The notes: generated by a model not told the origin, from the letters alone. Counted from the stretch's first letter, positions 9,098 through 19,245 are shown. The stretch is DNA of 64,000 nt from an uncultured archaeon (GCA_902385635.1 CABMGN010000002.1:18092-82091); one strand, 5' to 3'. Translations and numbers: made by a program.

Positions 9098-9600
9098 TGG
9101 TCAAACCATATTTTCCGAATCGTGGTCTGGAATGTTACAACTCAGCACTAGCTAACCTCCTTTTAGAATTTGGAGATAGAACAACTGCAGAATTAGTCTT
9201 TAATAACTATAGAAATCATCGGTTGGTTTCTAGAGATGGGACTTTACATTCAGGTTTACTTACGAGAGTTCTCTCAGAATTAACTAATGAAAGATATTTT
9301 GGAATCTTACATACTAATTTTGAGGATTTAATTGGAAATACTCAAAAATTATTTGGGAAGAGTAGAGCAGAAGAAATACTAAGAATAATCGCAGAAGAAA
9401 GTGCTGAAGGGAGAATTAAAGGTCATAACGGAAGTCTTAATTATCTTCCTCCCGCAATAATCTTAGCCGAGGGTAATAAGTGGGGTCATGCTTGTGTTGA
9501 TATCGGGGATGGAACTTTGGTCAACAATGGGGAAAAAATTATTTGTTCAGTGGAATCTTTACGGATAATTGGGCTTTTAGAAGTTAAAAGAGATAATTAA
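9094..9600 (+). CDS. hypothetical protein, possible papain-like (C39/BtrH-like) cysteine peptidase fold
   Basis: It overlaps mraZ by ATGA. An N-terminal GLECYNSALANLL and a distal NKWGHACVD give Cys...His spacing like papain-fold peptidases. The function is inference only. Confidence 0.4.
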   Translation: MMVKPYFPNRGLECYNSALANLLLEFGDRTTAELVFNNYRNHRLVSRDGTLHSGLLTRVLSELTNERYFGILHTNFEDLIGNTQKLFGKSRAEEILRIIAEESAEGRIKGHNGSLNYLPPAIILAEGNKWGHACVDIGDGTLVNNGEKIICSVESLRIIGLLEVKRDN

Positions 9601-9602
9601 AA

Positions 9603-10409
9603 TTATTTAACAACTTTCATTTCTTTCCAAGCAAGTTCAAATAACTGTTCTAGTGCTTGAGCAAAGAAATCTGTGTTAATCCATACACCAACATCGTAGT
9701 TAGGATGGAATTTTTCATCATCTAGAAGCATAAACATTAATTGATTCCCATCAATTATTGCAAATCTTGCTTTCATCTTGTCCATACTTCTTACTTCTGC
9801 AATTGCTTTTAACTCTCTAGCAATTTTAATATTAGAATTATCTATTGGAGCAGCAATCCTTATTTTTACTCCTCTTTTTCTACACTTCTCAAAAGTTGGC
9901 ATTAAAGCTTCAATCTTTCTATTTAAACCGTCACGTGTTGTAACAATTGTAACCTGTCTTTCTGCATCTCTGATCATCATGTCTAGGTGATTGTAAATAT
10001 TTTGTCTTCCTTTCATACTTCCAGAAAGGTCAGAAGGTTCTACGAATTTTACTCCTTGTGTGAATAGTGTTGTTAGCTCTCCAAGAACATCATCATCTTT
10101 TAGAGATTCGAGTCTTTTTGTTCTCTCTTGTGTGTGCTTTAGTAAGTTTCTTTTAACTCTTTCAACAACTTCTTCTGGTTTAAGAGCAACGAATTTTATT
10201 GGTTTTCCAAGCTTCATAACAATAAACCCTTTTTTCTCTAGCGACTCTAAAATATCATAAGTTCTTGATCTTGGAACATCAGAAATATTACTTAATTCCC
10301 CTGCAGTAGAGGTTCCTCGTGAAAGAATAGCTGTCCAGACTTTTACCTCATATAGGTTTAAATCAAAAATTTTTCTTAGTCTGCTCAAAAATTCGTCTTT
10401 AACAATCAT
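9603..10409 (-). CDS. TrmB-family transcriptional regulator
   Basis: The N-terminal wHTH YEVKVWTAILSRGTSTAGELSNISDVPRSRTYDILESLEKKGFIV is typical of TrmB. A C-terminal TrmB_C-like domain follows. Confidence 0.8.
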   Translation of the reverse strand: MIVKDEFLSRLRKIFDLNLYEVKVWTAILSRGTSTAGELSNISDVPRSRTYDILESLEKKGFIVMKLGKPIKFVALKPEEVVERVKRNLLKHTQERTKRLESLKDDDVLGELTTLFTQGVKFVEPSDLSGSMKGRQNIYNHLDMMIRDAERQVTIVTTRDGLNRKIEALMPTFEKCRKRGVKIRIAAPIDNSNIKIARELKAIAEVRSMDKMKARFAIIDGNQLMFMLLDDEKFHPNYDVGVWINTDFFAQALEQLFELAWKEMKVVK

Positions 10410-10502
10410 TTTTTCACCCTCTTTTTAGCTTGTTTTAGTTTTTAAATATTGCTATGTTAAAAGAGTGAAATTTAAGGAGTACCGACCGGGAGTTATTTTC
10501 TC

Positions 10503-13292
10503 CTATTCGATAATTATCGCTATCTCACCCTTTTTATCTTTAATCTTAAAATCAATCTTGTTTTTAAATGTTTCTTTGAAAGTAGTCACAAATTCAAGTT
10601 TTTTTGAATTAGTCCTTTCTGATATGAATTTTTTATGTTTTTCAAGAATTTTTATTGTATTTTCATCTGTGTGTATGTATGTACTAATTATTTGGGGCTT
10701 TTCTAACCCTAATGTTTTCCTGAATGATTGTATATGTCTTGACATTTCTCGCGCGTAACCTTCTGCTTCAAGTTCGGGTGTTATTTTTGTGTCATACTTT
10801 ACTTCAATTTCTTTTTCTGACTTTTTTAATTCTACTTTTTTTATGTTAAGTTGCCTTAGAATTATCTCCTGAAGTTCTTTTGAAACAGTTTTTGGGTGAG
10901 AAACTTGCGCTTTTGCTAGGGGCCACTTTAATCCAATCTGAATTTTATCCCTTTCTGAAAAACCTCTTTCAAGAATCTCCATAACATACTTAAATTCTTC
11001 TTCTAGTTTTTCATTGATTAATTTTTTATCACACTTTGGCCAGTCTGAGAGATGAACAGATTCTTTTCCGAATTCTTTATGGATCACTTCTGTAACATTT
11101 GGGGCGTAAGGAGCGAGCAATCTTGATACTACATCAAGTATCTCTCCAATTACTTCTTTTACGTTTTTGTCTTCCCTGTTTCTTACTAGTTTAATATATG
11201 TCTTTGAAAAATCGTTTGTCACAAAGTCCATTAACGGGTAAAGTGCTTTTTCTATCTGGTAGTTTTCTAGATTTTCTGTTGATTCTTTTATTACTTTGTT
11301 TAATCTTGATAAAATCCATTTATCTTCTATTCTTACTTCTGCTTTTTCTACTGGGTTTAGTTGTTTATAGAACTGGAAAGTGTTCCACAAAACATTGAGG
11401 AATGGGAGAACCTCTTCTTTTACTAAATTTATTCCGAATCTTTTTTGTGCTCCGATATCTACTGTACAGAATTGGAGTCTTACAGCATCAATTCCAACAG
11501 AATCCATTATCTCATCTGGATTTAGAATGTTTCCTTTTGATTTTGACATTTTATCTCCTTTTTCATCTACTATGTGGCCCGCACAGATTACATTCTTGAA
11601 CGCAACATCGTCAAAAAGAATTGTTCCTAAGACATGAAGAGTGTAGAACCACCCTCTTGTTTGGTCTATTGCTTCTGCAATAAAGTCGTAAGGGAATCTT
11701 TTTTTGAATTCTTCCTTGTTTTCAAAGGGGTAGTGGAACTGAGCAAATGAAGCAGAACCAGAGTCATACCAACAGTCTATTACTTCTGGGATTCTAGTCA
11801 TCTCTCCTTTACACTTTTCACATTTTAACTTTATATTATCAATCCAAGGTTTGTGTAAATCAATTTCTTTATCTGTAAACTTCTTTACTGCTTTTTCTTT
11901 TAGCTCTTTTACACTTCCGATTATTACTTCATTTCCGCAAGAGCATCTCCAGACTGGGAGAGGTGTTCCCCAGAATTTATTTCGTGAGAGTGCCCAGTCT
12001 TTAACATTTCTTAACCAATCTCCAAATCTTCCCTCTTTGATGTACTTGGGAGTCCAATTTATCTTTTCATTTAGTTCAATTAGTCTATCTTTGTATTTTG
12101 TTACTTCAATAAACCAGGATTTTATTGCGTAATACATAAGAGGAGAACTACATCTCCAGCAGAAAGGATAGTCGTGTTCGTAAGGGATAGTTGAGTATAG
12201 TTGATCATTCATCTTTAATCTTTCAATTATTAACTTGTCAGTTTCTTTTATGAACTGGCCTTTGTAATCTGGGACTTCAGCTGTAAAACGACCTGTTTCA
12301 TCTACTGGCTGTACAAAAGGGACTTTTTCTTTTTTGCAAACATCGTAATCTACTTCTCCAAATGCTGGAGCAATATGCACAAGACCTGTTCCATCTTCGG
12401 TTGTAACAAAGTCTCCTGGAATTATTTTGAATGCTCCTTTTAATCCTGCGAAATAAGGGAATAACGGAGAGTATTCTTTCCCTAAAAGGTCTTTTCCTTT
12501 TACTGTCTTAATTATGTTTGGTTCTTCAAAAAGGCGGGATGCTTGTTCTTTTGCTATAATAAAAACTTCTCTCTCTTCAATAAACACGTAATCTATTTTT
12601 GGATTTACTGCAACAGCAACATTTGCTGGTAGGGTCCAGGGGGTTGTTGTCCATACTAGTAAATTTTCTCCTGAAGAAAGTCTGAATTTAACTACAACAG
12701 AATCTTCTTTAACTTTTTTATAACCCTGTGCAACTTCGTGGCTTGAAAGGGGAGTTTCACAACGAGGGCAGAAGGGAACAACTTTGTGTGCTTCGTAGAG
12801 AAGTTTTTTATTGTATAACTGTTGTAGAGACCACCAGACGCTTTCAATATAGTTATTATCTAGGGTGGCGTAACGACCGTCTAGATCAACCCAGTAGTTT
12901 AATTTTTTAGTTGATTTGTTCCAGGTTTCAATATACGAGAAGACACTCTCTCTACATTCGTTTATGAACTTTGCTTCTCCGTGTTTTTGAATGTCTTTTT
13001 TGGAATTTAATCCAAGCTTTTTTTCTATCTGGACTTCAACAGGAAGACCGTGGCAGTCCCATCCAGCCTTTCTTGGAACATTAAATCCTTGCATGTACCT
13101 GAATTTGTTAATTATATCTTTGTAAGTTCTAACCTCTAGGTGGTGTAATCCCGGGGGGGCATTTGCTGTTGGTGGGCCTTCTAGAAAGGAGAATAACTTT
13201 TTTCTTTTAGGATCGTTAAGAACAGCTTTTTTTATCTGAGACTCTTTTAGGATTTTTGCTGCTTCTGCTTCGGTTTCTTTAAAATCATACAT
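10503..13292 (-). CDS. ileS: isoleucine--tRNA ligase
   Basis: 929 aa. PPTANAPPGLHHL is a HIGH-type motif and KMSKSKGN is present. An editing CP1 region and a zinc-type CPRCETP/CWRCSSP are present. The gene ends at TAG. Confidence 0.95.
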   Translation of the reverse strand: MYDFKETEAEAAKILKESQIKKAVLNDPKRKKLFSFLEGPPTANAPPGLHHLEVRTYKDIINKFRYMQGFNVPRKAGWDCHGLPVEVQIEKKLGLNSKKDIQKHGEAKFINECRESVFSYIETWNKSTKKLNYWVDLDGRYATLDNNYIESVWWSLQQLYNKKLLYEAHKVVPFCPRCETPLSSHEVAQGYKKVKEDSVVVKFRLSSGENLLVWTTTPWTLPANVAVAVNPKIDYVFIEEREVFIIAKEQASRLFEEPNIIKTVKGKDLLGKEYSPLFPYFAGLKGAFKIIPGDFVTTEDGTGLVHIAPAFGEVDYDVCKKEKVPFVQPVDETGRFTAEVPDYKGQFIKETDKLIIERLKMNDQLYSTIPYEHDYPFCWRCSSPLMYYAIKSWFIEVTKYKDRLIELNEKINWTPKYIKEGRFGDWLRNVKDWALSRNKFWGTPLPVWRCSCGNEVIIGSVKELKEKAVKKFTDKEIDLHKPWIDNIKLKCEKCKGEMTRIPEVIDCWYDSGSASFAQFHYPFENKEEFKKRFPYDFIAEAIDQTRGWFYTLHVLGTILFDDVAFKNVICAGHIVDEKGDKMSKSKGNILNPDEIMDSVGIDAVRLQFCTVDIGAQKRFGINLVKEEVLPFLNVLWNTFQFYKQLNPVEKAEVRIEDKWILSRLNKVIKESTENLENYQIEKALYPLMDFVTNDFSKTYIKLVRNREDKNVKEVIGEILDVVSRLLAPYAPNVTEVIHKEFGKESVHLSDWPKCDKKLINEKLEEEFKYVMEILERGFSERDKIQIGLKWPLAKAQVSHPKTVSKELQEIILRQLNIKKVELKKSEKEIEVKYDTKITPELEAEGYAREMSRHIQSFRKTLGLEKPQIISTYIHTDENTIKILEKHKKFISERTNSKKLEFVTTFKETFKNKIDFKIKDKKGEIAIIIE

Positions 13293-13371
13293 GTTTTATT
13301 AAAGAGAAAGGGGATTTTTAAAAGTAATGAATTATACAAAAATTTATTAATAGATCATTTTAATCTTGTGC

Positions 13372-14322
13372 ATGTCCGCAGATCTCTCCTTAAGTATAGG
13401 GTTTCCTCGTGCATTAATGCCTGAAGAAAAAAGAATAGCTTTACTCCCAGAACAAGTAGCTGGGATGAAACATCCGGATAGACTCTTTTTTGAATCAGGA
13501 TATGGGGAGAAGTGTGGTTTTCCCGATTCTGATTATACTAATGCCGGAGCGAATATTTGTGGTAAGAAAAAAGCCCATAATTTAGAAGGGATCTGTATCC
13601 CTAAATTTACTGACGAACATTTGCCTCATATGCATGCTAATGGGCAAACTGCTTTTGGATGGTTTCATTTTTATAGAGGTATGCCCCTGATAAAAGATTT
13701 TGTGAGGAAAGAAAATACTGCTATTGCTTGGGAATGTATGTTTGATCAAAATGGAACTAACATTTTTTTAAGAAATGGTCTCTTGACTGGTAACCTTGCG
13801 GTTTTAGACTCAATTGCGCATGCAGGAATAATCCCCGAAGAACTTAAGGTGGCGATTATTGGTAGAGGAAGAGTTGGAACTGGAGCAAGATCACAACTTG
13901 AGGCTCTGGGGGTTAAACAGATTACAGTCTACCATACTAGAAATACTCATTTACTCAAGAGAAATCTAGGAAAATATGATATGGTTGTTGGGGCTGCATG
14001 TTGTGAACATGAAATTTTAGATAGATCTGACTTAAAACAACTAAAACCCGGCGCATTATTAGTAGATATCGGAAGCAACTGTATTGGTTGTGGGGTTTAT
14101 TTCGCAGGAGAAGAATTAGCTCCATTCACTAAGATCAATCGAGGAAAGAATCTAGCTTATTGTTTTCATCACGTTCCCACTTTAGCTTATAAAACTGCAA
14201 GTAGATATATAAGTGAAGATGTTGCCCCATTTATAGATGATCTTACTGAAAGATTTTCTGGTGCTGTACTCAATAAAGCAACTGTGATCTATCGGGGGAA
14301 AGTTTTCCCTGAAAGATTTTAA
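13372..14322 (+). CDS. alanine dehydrogenase/PNT-family dehydrogenase (carboxyethyl-ornithine synthase / saccharopine DH-like)
   Basis: The N-terminal IGFPRALMPEEKRIALLPEQV resembles the AlaDH N-domain. The Rossmann motif is VAIIGRGRVGTGA. ATG 13372 is preferred over the track TTG at 13366. Confidence 0.55.
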   Translation: MSADLSLSIGFPRALMPEEKRIALLPEQVAGMKHPDRLFFESGYGEKCGFPDSDYTNAGANICGKKKAHNLEGICIPKFTDEHLPHMHANGQTAFGWFHFYRGMPLIKDFVRKENTAIAWECMFDQNGTNIFLRNGLLTGNLAVLDSIAHAGIIPEELKVAIIGRGRVGTGARSQLEALGVKQITVYHTRNTHLLKRNLGKYDMVVGAACCEHEILDRSDLKQLKPGALLVDIGSNCIGCGVYFAGEELAPFTKINRGKNLAYCFHHVPTLAYKTASRYISEDVAPFIDDLTERFSGAVLNKATVIYRGKVFPERF

Positions 14323-14469
14323 TTACTTTTTCTTGCTTATTTGTTTTGCTAACCAAATGATAAGAAGAATCAGTGCAACAGAAGCTAAGGCCATGAAGAT
14401 CCATCCAAAAATCCAGCCGTAACCTCCTGCAGAATAACTCCCCATCATTGGGCACGTGTAGTCTACCAT
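14323..14469 (-). CDS. small Cys/Met/Gly-rich membrane peptide (48 aa) at the 3' end of the copper operon
   Basis: Not in the ORF track. GGAGGT lies 8 nt upstream of ATG 14469. Product is MVDYTCPMMGSYSAGGYGWIFGWIFMALASVALILLIIWLAKQISKKK. It starts 16 nt after the copA stop. Confidence 0.45.
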   Translation of the reverse strand: MVDYTCPMMGSYSAGGYGWIFGWIFMALASVALILLIIWLAKQISKKK

Positions 14470-14485
14470 TTATTTTTACCTCCTT

Positions 14486-16714
14486 TTATATTCTCTTTCT
14501 TTTCATCAAAAGAGTATTTAATACGACACTTACCGAGGACATAGCCATTGCTCCTCCGGCAATGATCGGTGACAGAAGCCATCCTGTAGAAGAGTAAAGA
14601 ACTCCCGCGGCTATTGGAACTCCAAGTGAGTTATAGAAAAGTGCCCAAAACATATTTTGTTTTATTTTGTTTATTGTTATTTTACTTAGTTTTATAGCTT
14701 TGACAACATCGAGAGTTGAATTATTCATTAGGACAATATTTCCTGTTTCCATTGCAACATCTGTTCCCGAACCAATTGCAATACCTATATCTGCTTGGGC
14801 AAGAGCGGGAGCATCATTAATTCCATCTCCAACCATGGCGACTTTTCCTTTCTTTTGCAATTTTTTAACTTCTTTTGCTTTGTCCTGCGGAAGAACTTCG
14901 GAGATTATGTGATTAACTCCTAATTGCTTTGCAATTGCATTAGCTGTTCTTTTATTATCTCCAGTAATCATGTAAACGAAAATTCCTTGTTCTTGTAGAG
15001 CCTTTACAGCTTTAACAGAATCTGCTCTTGGAGTGTCTGCAATTCCAACAAATCCAACAATTTTTTTATCTAAAATTCCGACAATAACTGTTTTTCCATC
15101 TGCTTCGAGACTGGATATCTGGGGGTCATACTCGTGTATTTTTCCAAATTTCTTAAGATACTCAGGCTTTCCTACGATTAATCTCTTTCTTTTGAAGTCT
15201 CCTTCTACTCCGTGTCCAGGGATTGCTTTGAATTTTGTTATTTTCTCTAGAGAAATATGGCTTTCCTTTGCTTTGTTAACTATTGCCTGGGCTAGAGGGT
15301 GTTCTGAATGTTGTTCTATACTAGCAAATATTTTTAGTAATTCTTTCTCACTAAACTTATTTAGAGAAACTATGTCTGTGACTTTTGGTTTACCCTCTGT
15401 AAGTGTCCCTGTTTTATCAAATACAACAGCGTAAAGTTTATGTGCTGTTTCTAGCGCATCTCCTCCTTTGATGAGTATTCCTTTTTCTGCTCCTTTACCT
15501 GTACCAACCATGATTGCTGTAGGTGTTGCGAGACCAAGAGCACACGGACAAGCAATAACTAGTACTGAAACTGCAATAATGAGAGAGAATTCAAATGTTT
15601 GACCTACGGCCCAGTACCATATAGAGAAGGATAAAATAGCTATTAGAATAATCGCTGGAACAAAATAAGCTGAGATTTTATCAGCAAATCTTTGTATTGG
15701 TGCTTTTTTCCCTTGCGCATCTTCAATTAGCTTAACTATTTGGGCGAGAGTAGTATTTGCTCCAACTTTTGTTGCTTTGAATTTTATAGTCCCGTTTTTG
15801 TTTATTGTTGCACCTATAACAAGATCTCCTTTTCCTTTTTCAACAGGCATACTTTCTCCGGTAATCATACTTTCATCTATAGCTGATTCTCCTTCTGTGA
15901 TTATCCCGTCTACCGGAACCTTCTCTCCGGGCTTTACAATAATAATATCTCCAACAATAACCTCATCTACTTTTATTTTCATCTCTTTCCCTTTTCGTAT
16001 AACTGTTGCAATTTTAGGAGAGAGACTCATTAATTTCTGAATTGCTTCACTTGTTTTTCCTTTTGCGGAAGCTTCAAGGTACCTACCTAGCATTACAAAA
16101 GTAATCAATACCGCAGCTGCTTCAAAGTATTGATCTCCCATTGGATTAAAGAAGACAACATACAAACTGTAAAAGTAAGCTGCACTTGTTCCTAGGGCAA
16201 TAAGAGTATCCATGTTCGCTGTTTTATTTTTTAGAGCGCCCCAAGCACTCTTGTAAATTCCGGTGCCGATAATAAATTGGACAGGTGTTGCCAGTGCTAG
16301 AAGAATATAATTTCTGTACGGGATTTCAATCCCAAGCCACATAAAGACCATTCCTATCAAAAATGCTGGAATTGCAAATATTAAGCTATAAAAGAATAAG
16401 TTTTTTTGTTTTTTCAAATATCTTTCTCTCTTCTTTTTTTCAAAATCTGCTTGATCATACTCATCATTATGCCCCTCATGAACCATTTTCATCTTTCTAT
16501 GCTCGGGGTTCTCTGCAGTATAACCTAAACTTTTTATTATACTAATTATCTTTGGTTCATCTATAACTCTTTCATCAAATTCTACTGTTGCTTTTTCTGT
16601 ATTAAGATTAACACTTGCATATTTTATGCCTGGTTGTTTAGTCAAGGATTTATCTAGTAAAGTTACACAGCTTTGACAGTGCATTCCAGTAATTTCGAGA
16701 TTGATTTTTTTCAT
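14486..16714 (-). CDS. copA: copper-translocating P1B-type ATPase
   Basis: N-terminal HMA motif GMHCQSC, CPC motif in [11 protein letters not shown], phosphorylation site DKTGTLT, and GDGINDAP. Confidence 0.95.
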   Translation of the reverse strand: MKKINLEITGMHCQSCVTLLDKSLTKQPGIKYASVNLNTEKATVEFDERVIDEPKIISIIKSLGYTAENPEHRKMKMVHEGHNDEYDQADFEKKKRERYLKKQKNLFFYSLIFAIPAFLIGMVFMWLGIEIPYRNYILLALATPVQFIIGTGIYKSAWGALKNKTANMDTLIALGTSAAYFYSLYVVFFNPMGDQYFEAAAVLITFVMLGRYLEASAKGKTSEAIQKLMSLSPKIATVIRKGKEMKIKVDEVIVGDIIIVKPGEKVPVDGIITEGESAIDESMITGESMPVEKGKGDLVIGATINKNGTIKFKATKVGANTTLAQIVKLIEDAQGKKAPIQRFADKISAYFVPAIILIAILSFSIWYWAVGQTFEFSLIIAVSVLVIACPCALGLATPTAIMVGTGKGAEKGILIKGGDALETAHKLYAVVFDKTGTLTEGKPKVTDIVSLNKFSEKELLKIFASIEQHSEHPLAQAIVNKAKESHISLEKITKFKAIPGHGVEGDFKRKRLIVGKPEYLKKFGKIHEYDPQISSLEADGKTVIVGILDKKIVGFVGIADTPRADSVKAVKALQEQGIFVYMITGDNKRTANAIAKQLGVNHIISEVLPQDKAKEVKKLQKKGKVAMVGDGINDAPALAQADIGIAIGSGTDVAMETGNIVLMNNSTLDVVKAIKLSKITINKIKQNMFWALFYNSLGVPIAAGVLYSSTGWLLSPIIAGGAMAMSSVSVVLNTLLMKRKRI

Positions 16715-16908
16715 TTCACCTTATAACCTGAATTTTCAATTACCCCTTTGATTTGTTTTTCTGAGATTATTTTTTCATCAAACTCTATTTTAGCTATCCC
16801 TTTCTTATAATCAATTAATATTTTATTTACTTTTCCTTCTAGTTCCATTTTAATTATTTTTGCGCAACTTTCACAGTGCATGCCTTCTATTTGGAATATT
16901 TTTTCCAT
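16711..16908 (-). CDS. copZ: copper chaperone, HMA domain
   Basis: [18 protein letters not shown]. The start was moved to ATG 16908, just after the stop of the upstream gene. Its TGA stop overlaps the copA ATG. Confidence 0.85.
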   Translation of the reverse strand: MEKIFQIEGMHCESCAKIIKMELEGKVNKILIDYKKGIAKIEFDEKIISEKQIKGVIENSGYKVK

Positions 16909-16910
16909 TT

Positions 16911-18371
16911 TTACATTCCACACCCGCATCCGCCACCATTTGCACCCATACTACAACTTGAACCTGCTTTTGGTGTTGATGCTTTCACTTGACTCTGAGT
17001 TGCAGTTCCATCCGTAGTAACAATGAAACTTCCCCTTAACATTCCCATTCCACAGCTAAACGGAAGAGTGCCTTCTTTATCTGGAGTAAATTCTATTACA
17101 TTTAATCCTTCTTTTAGAGATTTGTCAATTCCGTACTGCTGTAATATTAGTTCCTGGTTACAACTAGTTAGCTGTTTTACATTTACATTCCAGACTACCG
17201 GTATTCCTTCTTTGAGCACAAATGAATTAGGAGAGTAGCCCGAGGCAGATACATCCATGTTTATTACCTGCTTTCCATCTACTAATACTATACTATCACT
17301 TCCGTTTACTATCTTTACACCAGAATTTGTTATTTGTGATTTTATTGAATCAAAATTGTAATTACTTCCTAAAAGAGTCAAGCCCCTATTTAGCATAACT
17401 AAACCAAGGATTAGAACAATTATTGCGGAAATTTTTAATATTTTCTTTGTTGTTGAGTGACTTATTACTGTAGCTAGACTTCCAAATCCAAGCATTACTG
17501 GAAGAGTTCCTAATCCAAATACAAAAAGGCTTATTGCACCTGTTGCAATATTTCCTGTTCCTGCTGCATAAAGATACATTGCTTGTAAAGGTCCGCAAGC
17601 GATGAATAACCCATTTAACAAACCTGTAACTAGAGGTCTTGAGTACGGTCCTTTGTATTTACTTGAAGTGTTTGTAGAAGCTCGCATTAAGAATTTTGGA
17701 TTAAACTGGAATTTTCTAAAGAACTTTATTCCAAACATACTAAAAGCATAAGTTATCATGAAGACTCCTGCTAAAATTGCAATCCAGCCTCTTAGCCCTG
17801 CTGAAAACGCAAAGAAGCCTCCGATTAAACCGAAAACCCCACCGATAATTGTGTAAGAAATAACCTTACTTCCCCCATAAATTGCGTGTTGTGTGAAACT
17901 CTTATGTCCGTCTAGGGCGTTTTTAGCAGTGTACGAAACTACAAATCCTCCACACATGGAAACGCAGTGAAAGCCTGTTAACAATCCTGCTGCGAACAAA
18001 AGAATTAATGAAGCATTATCTCCAAACTGGGGAATAGAAATTTCTGGAAGAGTAAAACCACTTTTGCTTAGAGTAATATATAGAATAACTAGGAGTAATA
18101 AAACAGCTGCACTTAGAATAAACCAACCAGTCTTAGATTTTTTTGATTCTTCTTTTTTGAGGTTACTTTTCTCATTTAGAGAATACCCCTCTTTTTCTAG
18201 CTCTTTTTTTATTTCTTCTTCTGTTATTTTTGTTTCATCAAAATCTATTTCTGCTGTTTCTTTTGAGTAATTTACAGAAATACTATTAACTTTGTCTTTT
18301 AGTTTTGTTTCTATAAGATGCGCACAAGAGTTACAATGCATTCCTTTTACTAAGTAATTTTTCTTTACCAT
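16911..18371 (-). CDS. HMA domain / DsbD_2-type membrane domain / cupredoxin-like domain fusion with Cys-Gly tail
   Basis: N-terminal GMHCNSC. The TM core has GFHCVSMCGG. The C-terminal domain has SCNQELI...FSCGMGMLRGSFIV (cupredoxin_1-like). The tail is GSSCSMGANGGGCGCGM. Confidence 0.7.
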   Translation of the reverse strand: MVKKNYLVKGMHCNSCAHLIETKLKDKVNSISVNYSKETAEIDFDETKITEEEIKKELEKEGYSLNEKSNLKKEESKKSKTGWFILSAAVLLLLVILYITLSKSGFTLPEISIPQFGDNASLILLFAAGLLTGFHCVSMCGGFVVSYTAKNALDGHKSFTQHAIYGGSKVISYTIIGGVFGLIGGFFAFSAGLRGWIAILAGVFMITYAFSMFGIKFFRKFQFNPKFLMRASTNTSSKYKGPYSRPLVTGLLNGLFIACGPLQAMYLYAAGTGNIATGAISLFVFGLGTLPVMLGFGSLATVISHSTTKKILKISAIIVLILGLVMLNRGLTLLGSNYNFDSIKSQITNSGVKIVNGSDSIVLVDGKQVINMDVSASGYSPNSFVLKEGIPVVWNVNVKQLTSCNQELILQQYGIDKSLKEGLNVIEFTPDKEGTLPFSCGMGMLRGSFIVTTDGTATQSQVKASTPKAGSSCSMGANGGGCGCGM

Positions 18372-18372
18372 G

Positions 18373-18720
18373 TTACATCATCTCCCTGGCCGGGAATTCC
18401 TGGAAAATTTTGGTTGATAATATTCTTTCTTTTGAAGTCTTTTCTGGATTGTAATATACTGTGAATGTGCTTATTGGGGAGTAATCTATCTTTTCTACTC
18501 CATCAATCTTATTGAGTTCATTCATTATCAGCGGACTATGGCCCTGGCAGGGTATTGCTACTTCAAGTACAACCTTCTGAGTACTTTCTACTGTACTGTC
18601 TGAAACAACCTTTTCTGTAGGGGAGTTTGATGCTGAGGGAGCTAGAGAGTAAGCTACTCCGGCTACAACTAGTACAACCATTGTTGCTAGTAACAAATAT
18701 GTAATTTTTTTGTTTTTCAT
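18373..18720 (-). CDS. membrane-anchored ferredoxin-fold (HMA-like) protein lacking CxxC
   Basis: An N-terminal TM segment is followed by VVLEVAIPCQGHSPLIMNELNKIDGVEKIDY in a beta-alpha-beta-beta-alpha-beta-like pattern. It is the first structural gene of the Cu cluster. Confidence 0.5.
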   Translation of the reverse strand: MKNKKITYLLLATMVVLVVAGVAYSLAPSASNSPTEKVVSDSTVESTQKVVLEVAIPCQGHSPLIMNELNKIDGVEKIDYSPISTFTVYYNPEKTSKERILSTKIFQEFPAREMM

Positions 18721-18768
18721 GTTTTTTATAGAAAAAGGTTTATTATAATCGCTTTGGAGAAACTAGTT

Positions 18769-19245
18769 TCACTGGCTTTTTAGTACAACAATGTTATTCA
18801 TCCCACGTCTCTTTCTCTCGATAAACTGTTTTGCTTCAAGTTTATCTAACAAACGTGTTAATCCAACTTTTCCTAGATTAAGTTTCTCCATTAGGTCTGC
18901 CTGGAACATTGCGTTGTTGTTTTCTTGGATAAGCTTAACTGCTTCTTTCTCTTTTCCTTCTAATCCGCTTAGGTCTAGTTTTTTTCTTTTTTCTTTAATT
19001 GTCTTAGTTACAATTTTTGTTTCTTCTTTTGCAAATAAAAGTACTATCCCGATAATAACTATTACCCCTATTAGGGCTATCCCTATGTAGGTCTGGGTCT
19101 TTATTGTCCCGTACATTGAACAACTTGGACCGTGTGAGCAGGAAGTATCTACTATTGTAGTTAGAGCGTTATTGAATAGGAATACTATAACTCCAATTAC
19201 AATTGCTAAACCAATAATTAAAAGGCCAACACTTTTATTTTTCAT
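18769..19245 (-). CDS. membrane-associated winged-HTH regulator (COG2512-like) with Cys-rich loop
   Basis: Two TM segments flank DTSCSHGPSCSMYG. The C-terminal segment QADLMEKLNLGKVGLTRLLDKLEAKQFIERKRRG is MarR-like. Confidence 0.6.
   Translation of the reverse strand: MKNKSVGLLIIGLAIVIGVIVFLFNNALTTIVDTSCSHGPSCSMYGTIKTQTYIGIALIGVIVIIGIVLLFAKEETKIVTKTIKEKRKKLDLSGLEGKEKEAVKLIQENNNAMFQADLMEKLNLGKVGLTRLLDKLEAKQFIERKRRGMNNIVVLKSQ

Noticed and set aside
10465-12910. Plus-strand track ORFs inside ileS (10465..10758, 11198..11398, 11380..11637, 11402..11599, 11851..12132, 12728..12910)
   Set aside because: They lie antisense to a clearly conserved 929-aa IleRS. Their translations are Leu/Phe/Ser-rich low-complexity strings, typical of the complement of AT-rich coding DNA.
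14270-14455. 61-aa minus-strand track ORF downstream of copA
   Set aside because: It overlaps the 3' end of 13372..14322 and has no initiation signal. The alternative frame gives a 48-aa membrane peptide with a GGAGGT Shine-Dalgarno sequence and a sensible hydrophobic helix.
14667-16545. Plus-strand track ORFs inside copA, plus analogous antisense ORFs in trxB (2234..3100), argS (4642..5373), the ABC exporter (25019..25474), rbcL (44954..45964), the thermosome (63421..63903) and other genes
   Set aside because: Each is fully embedded antisense in a gene with strong family motifs. None has recognisable motifs or its own initiation signals.
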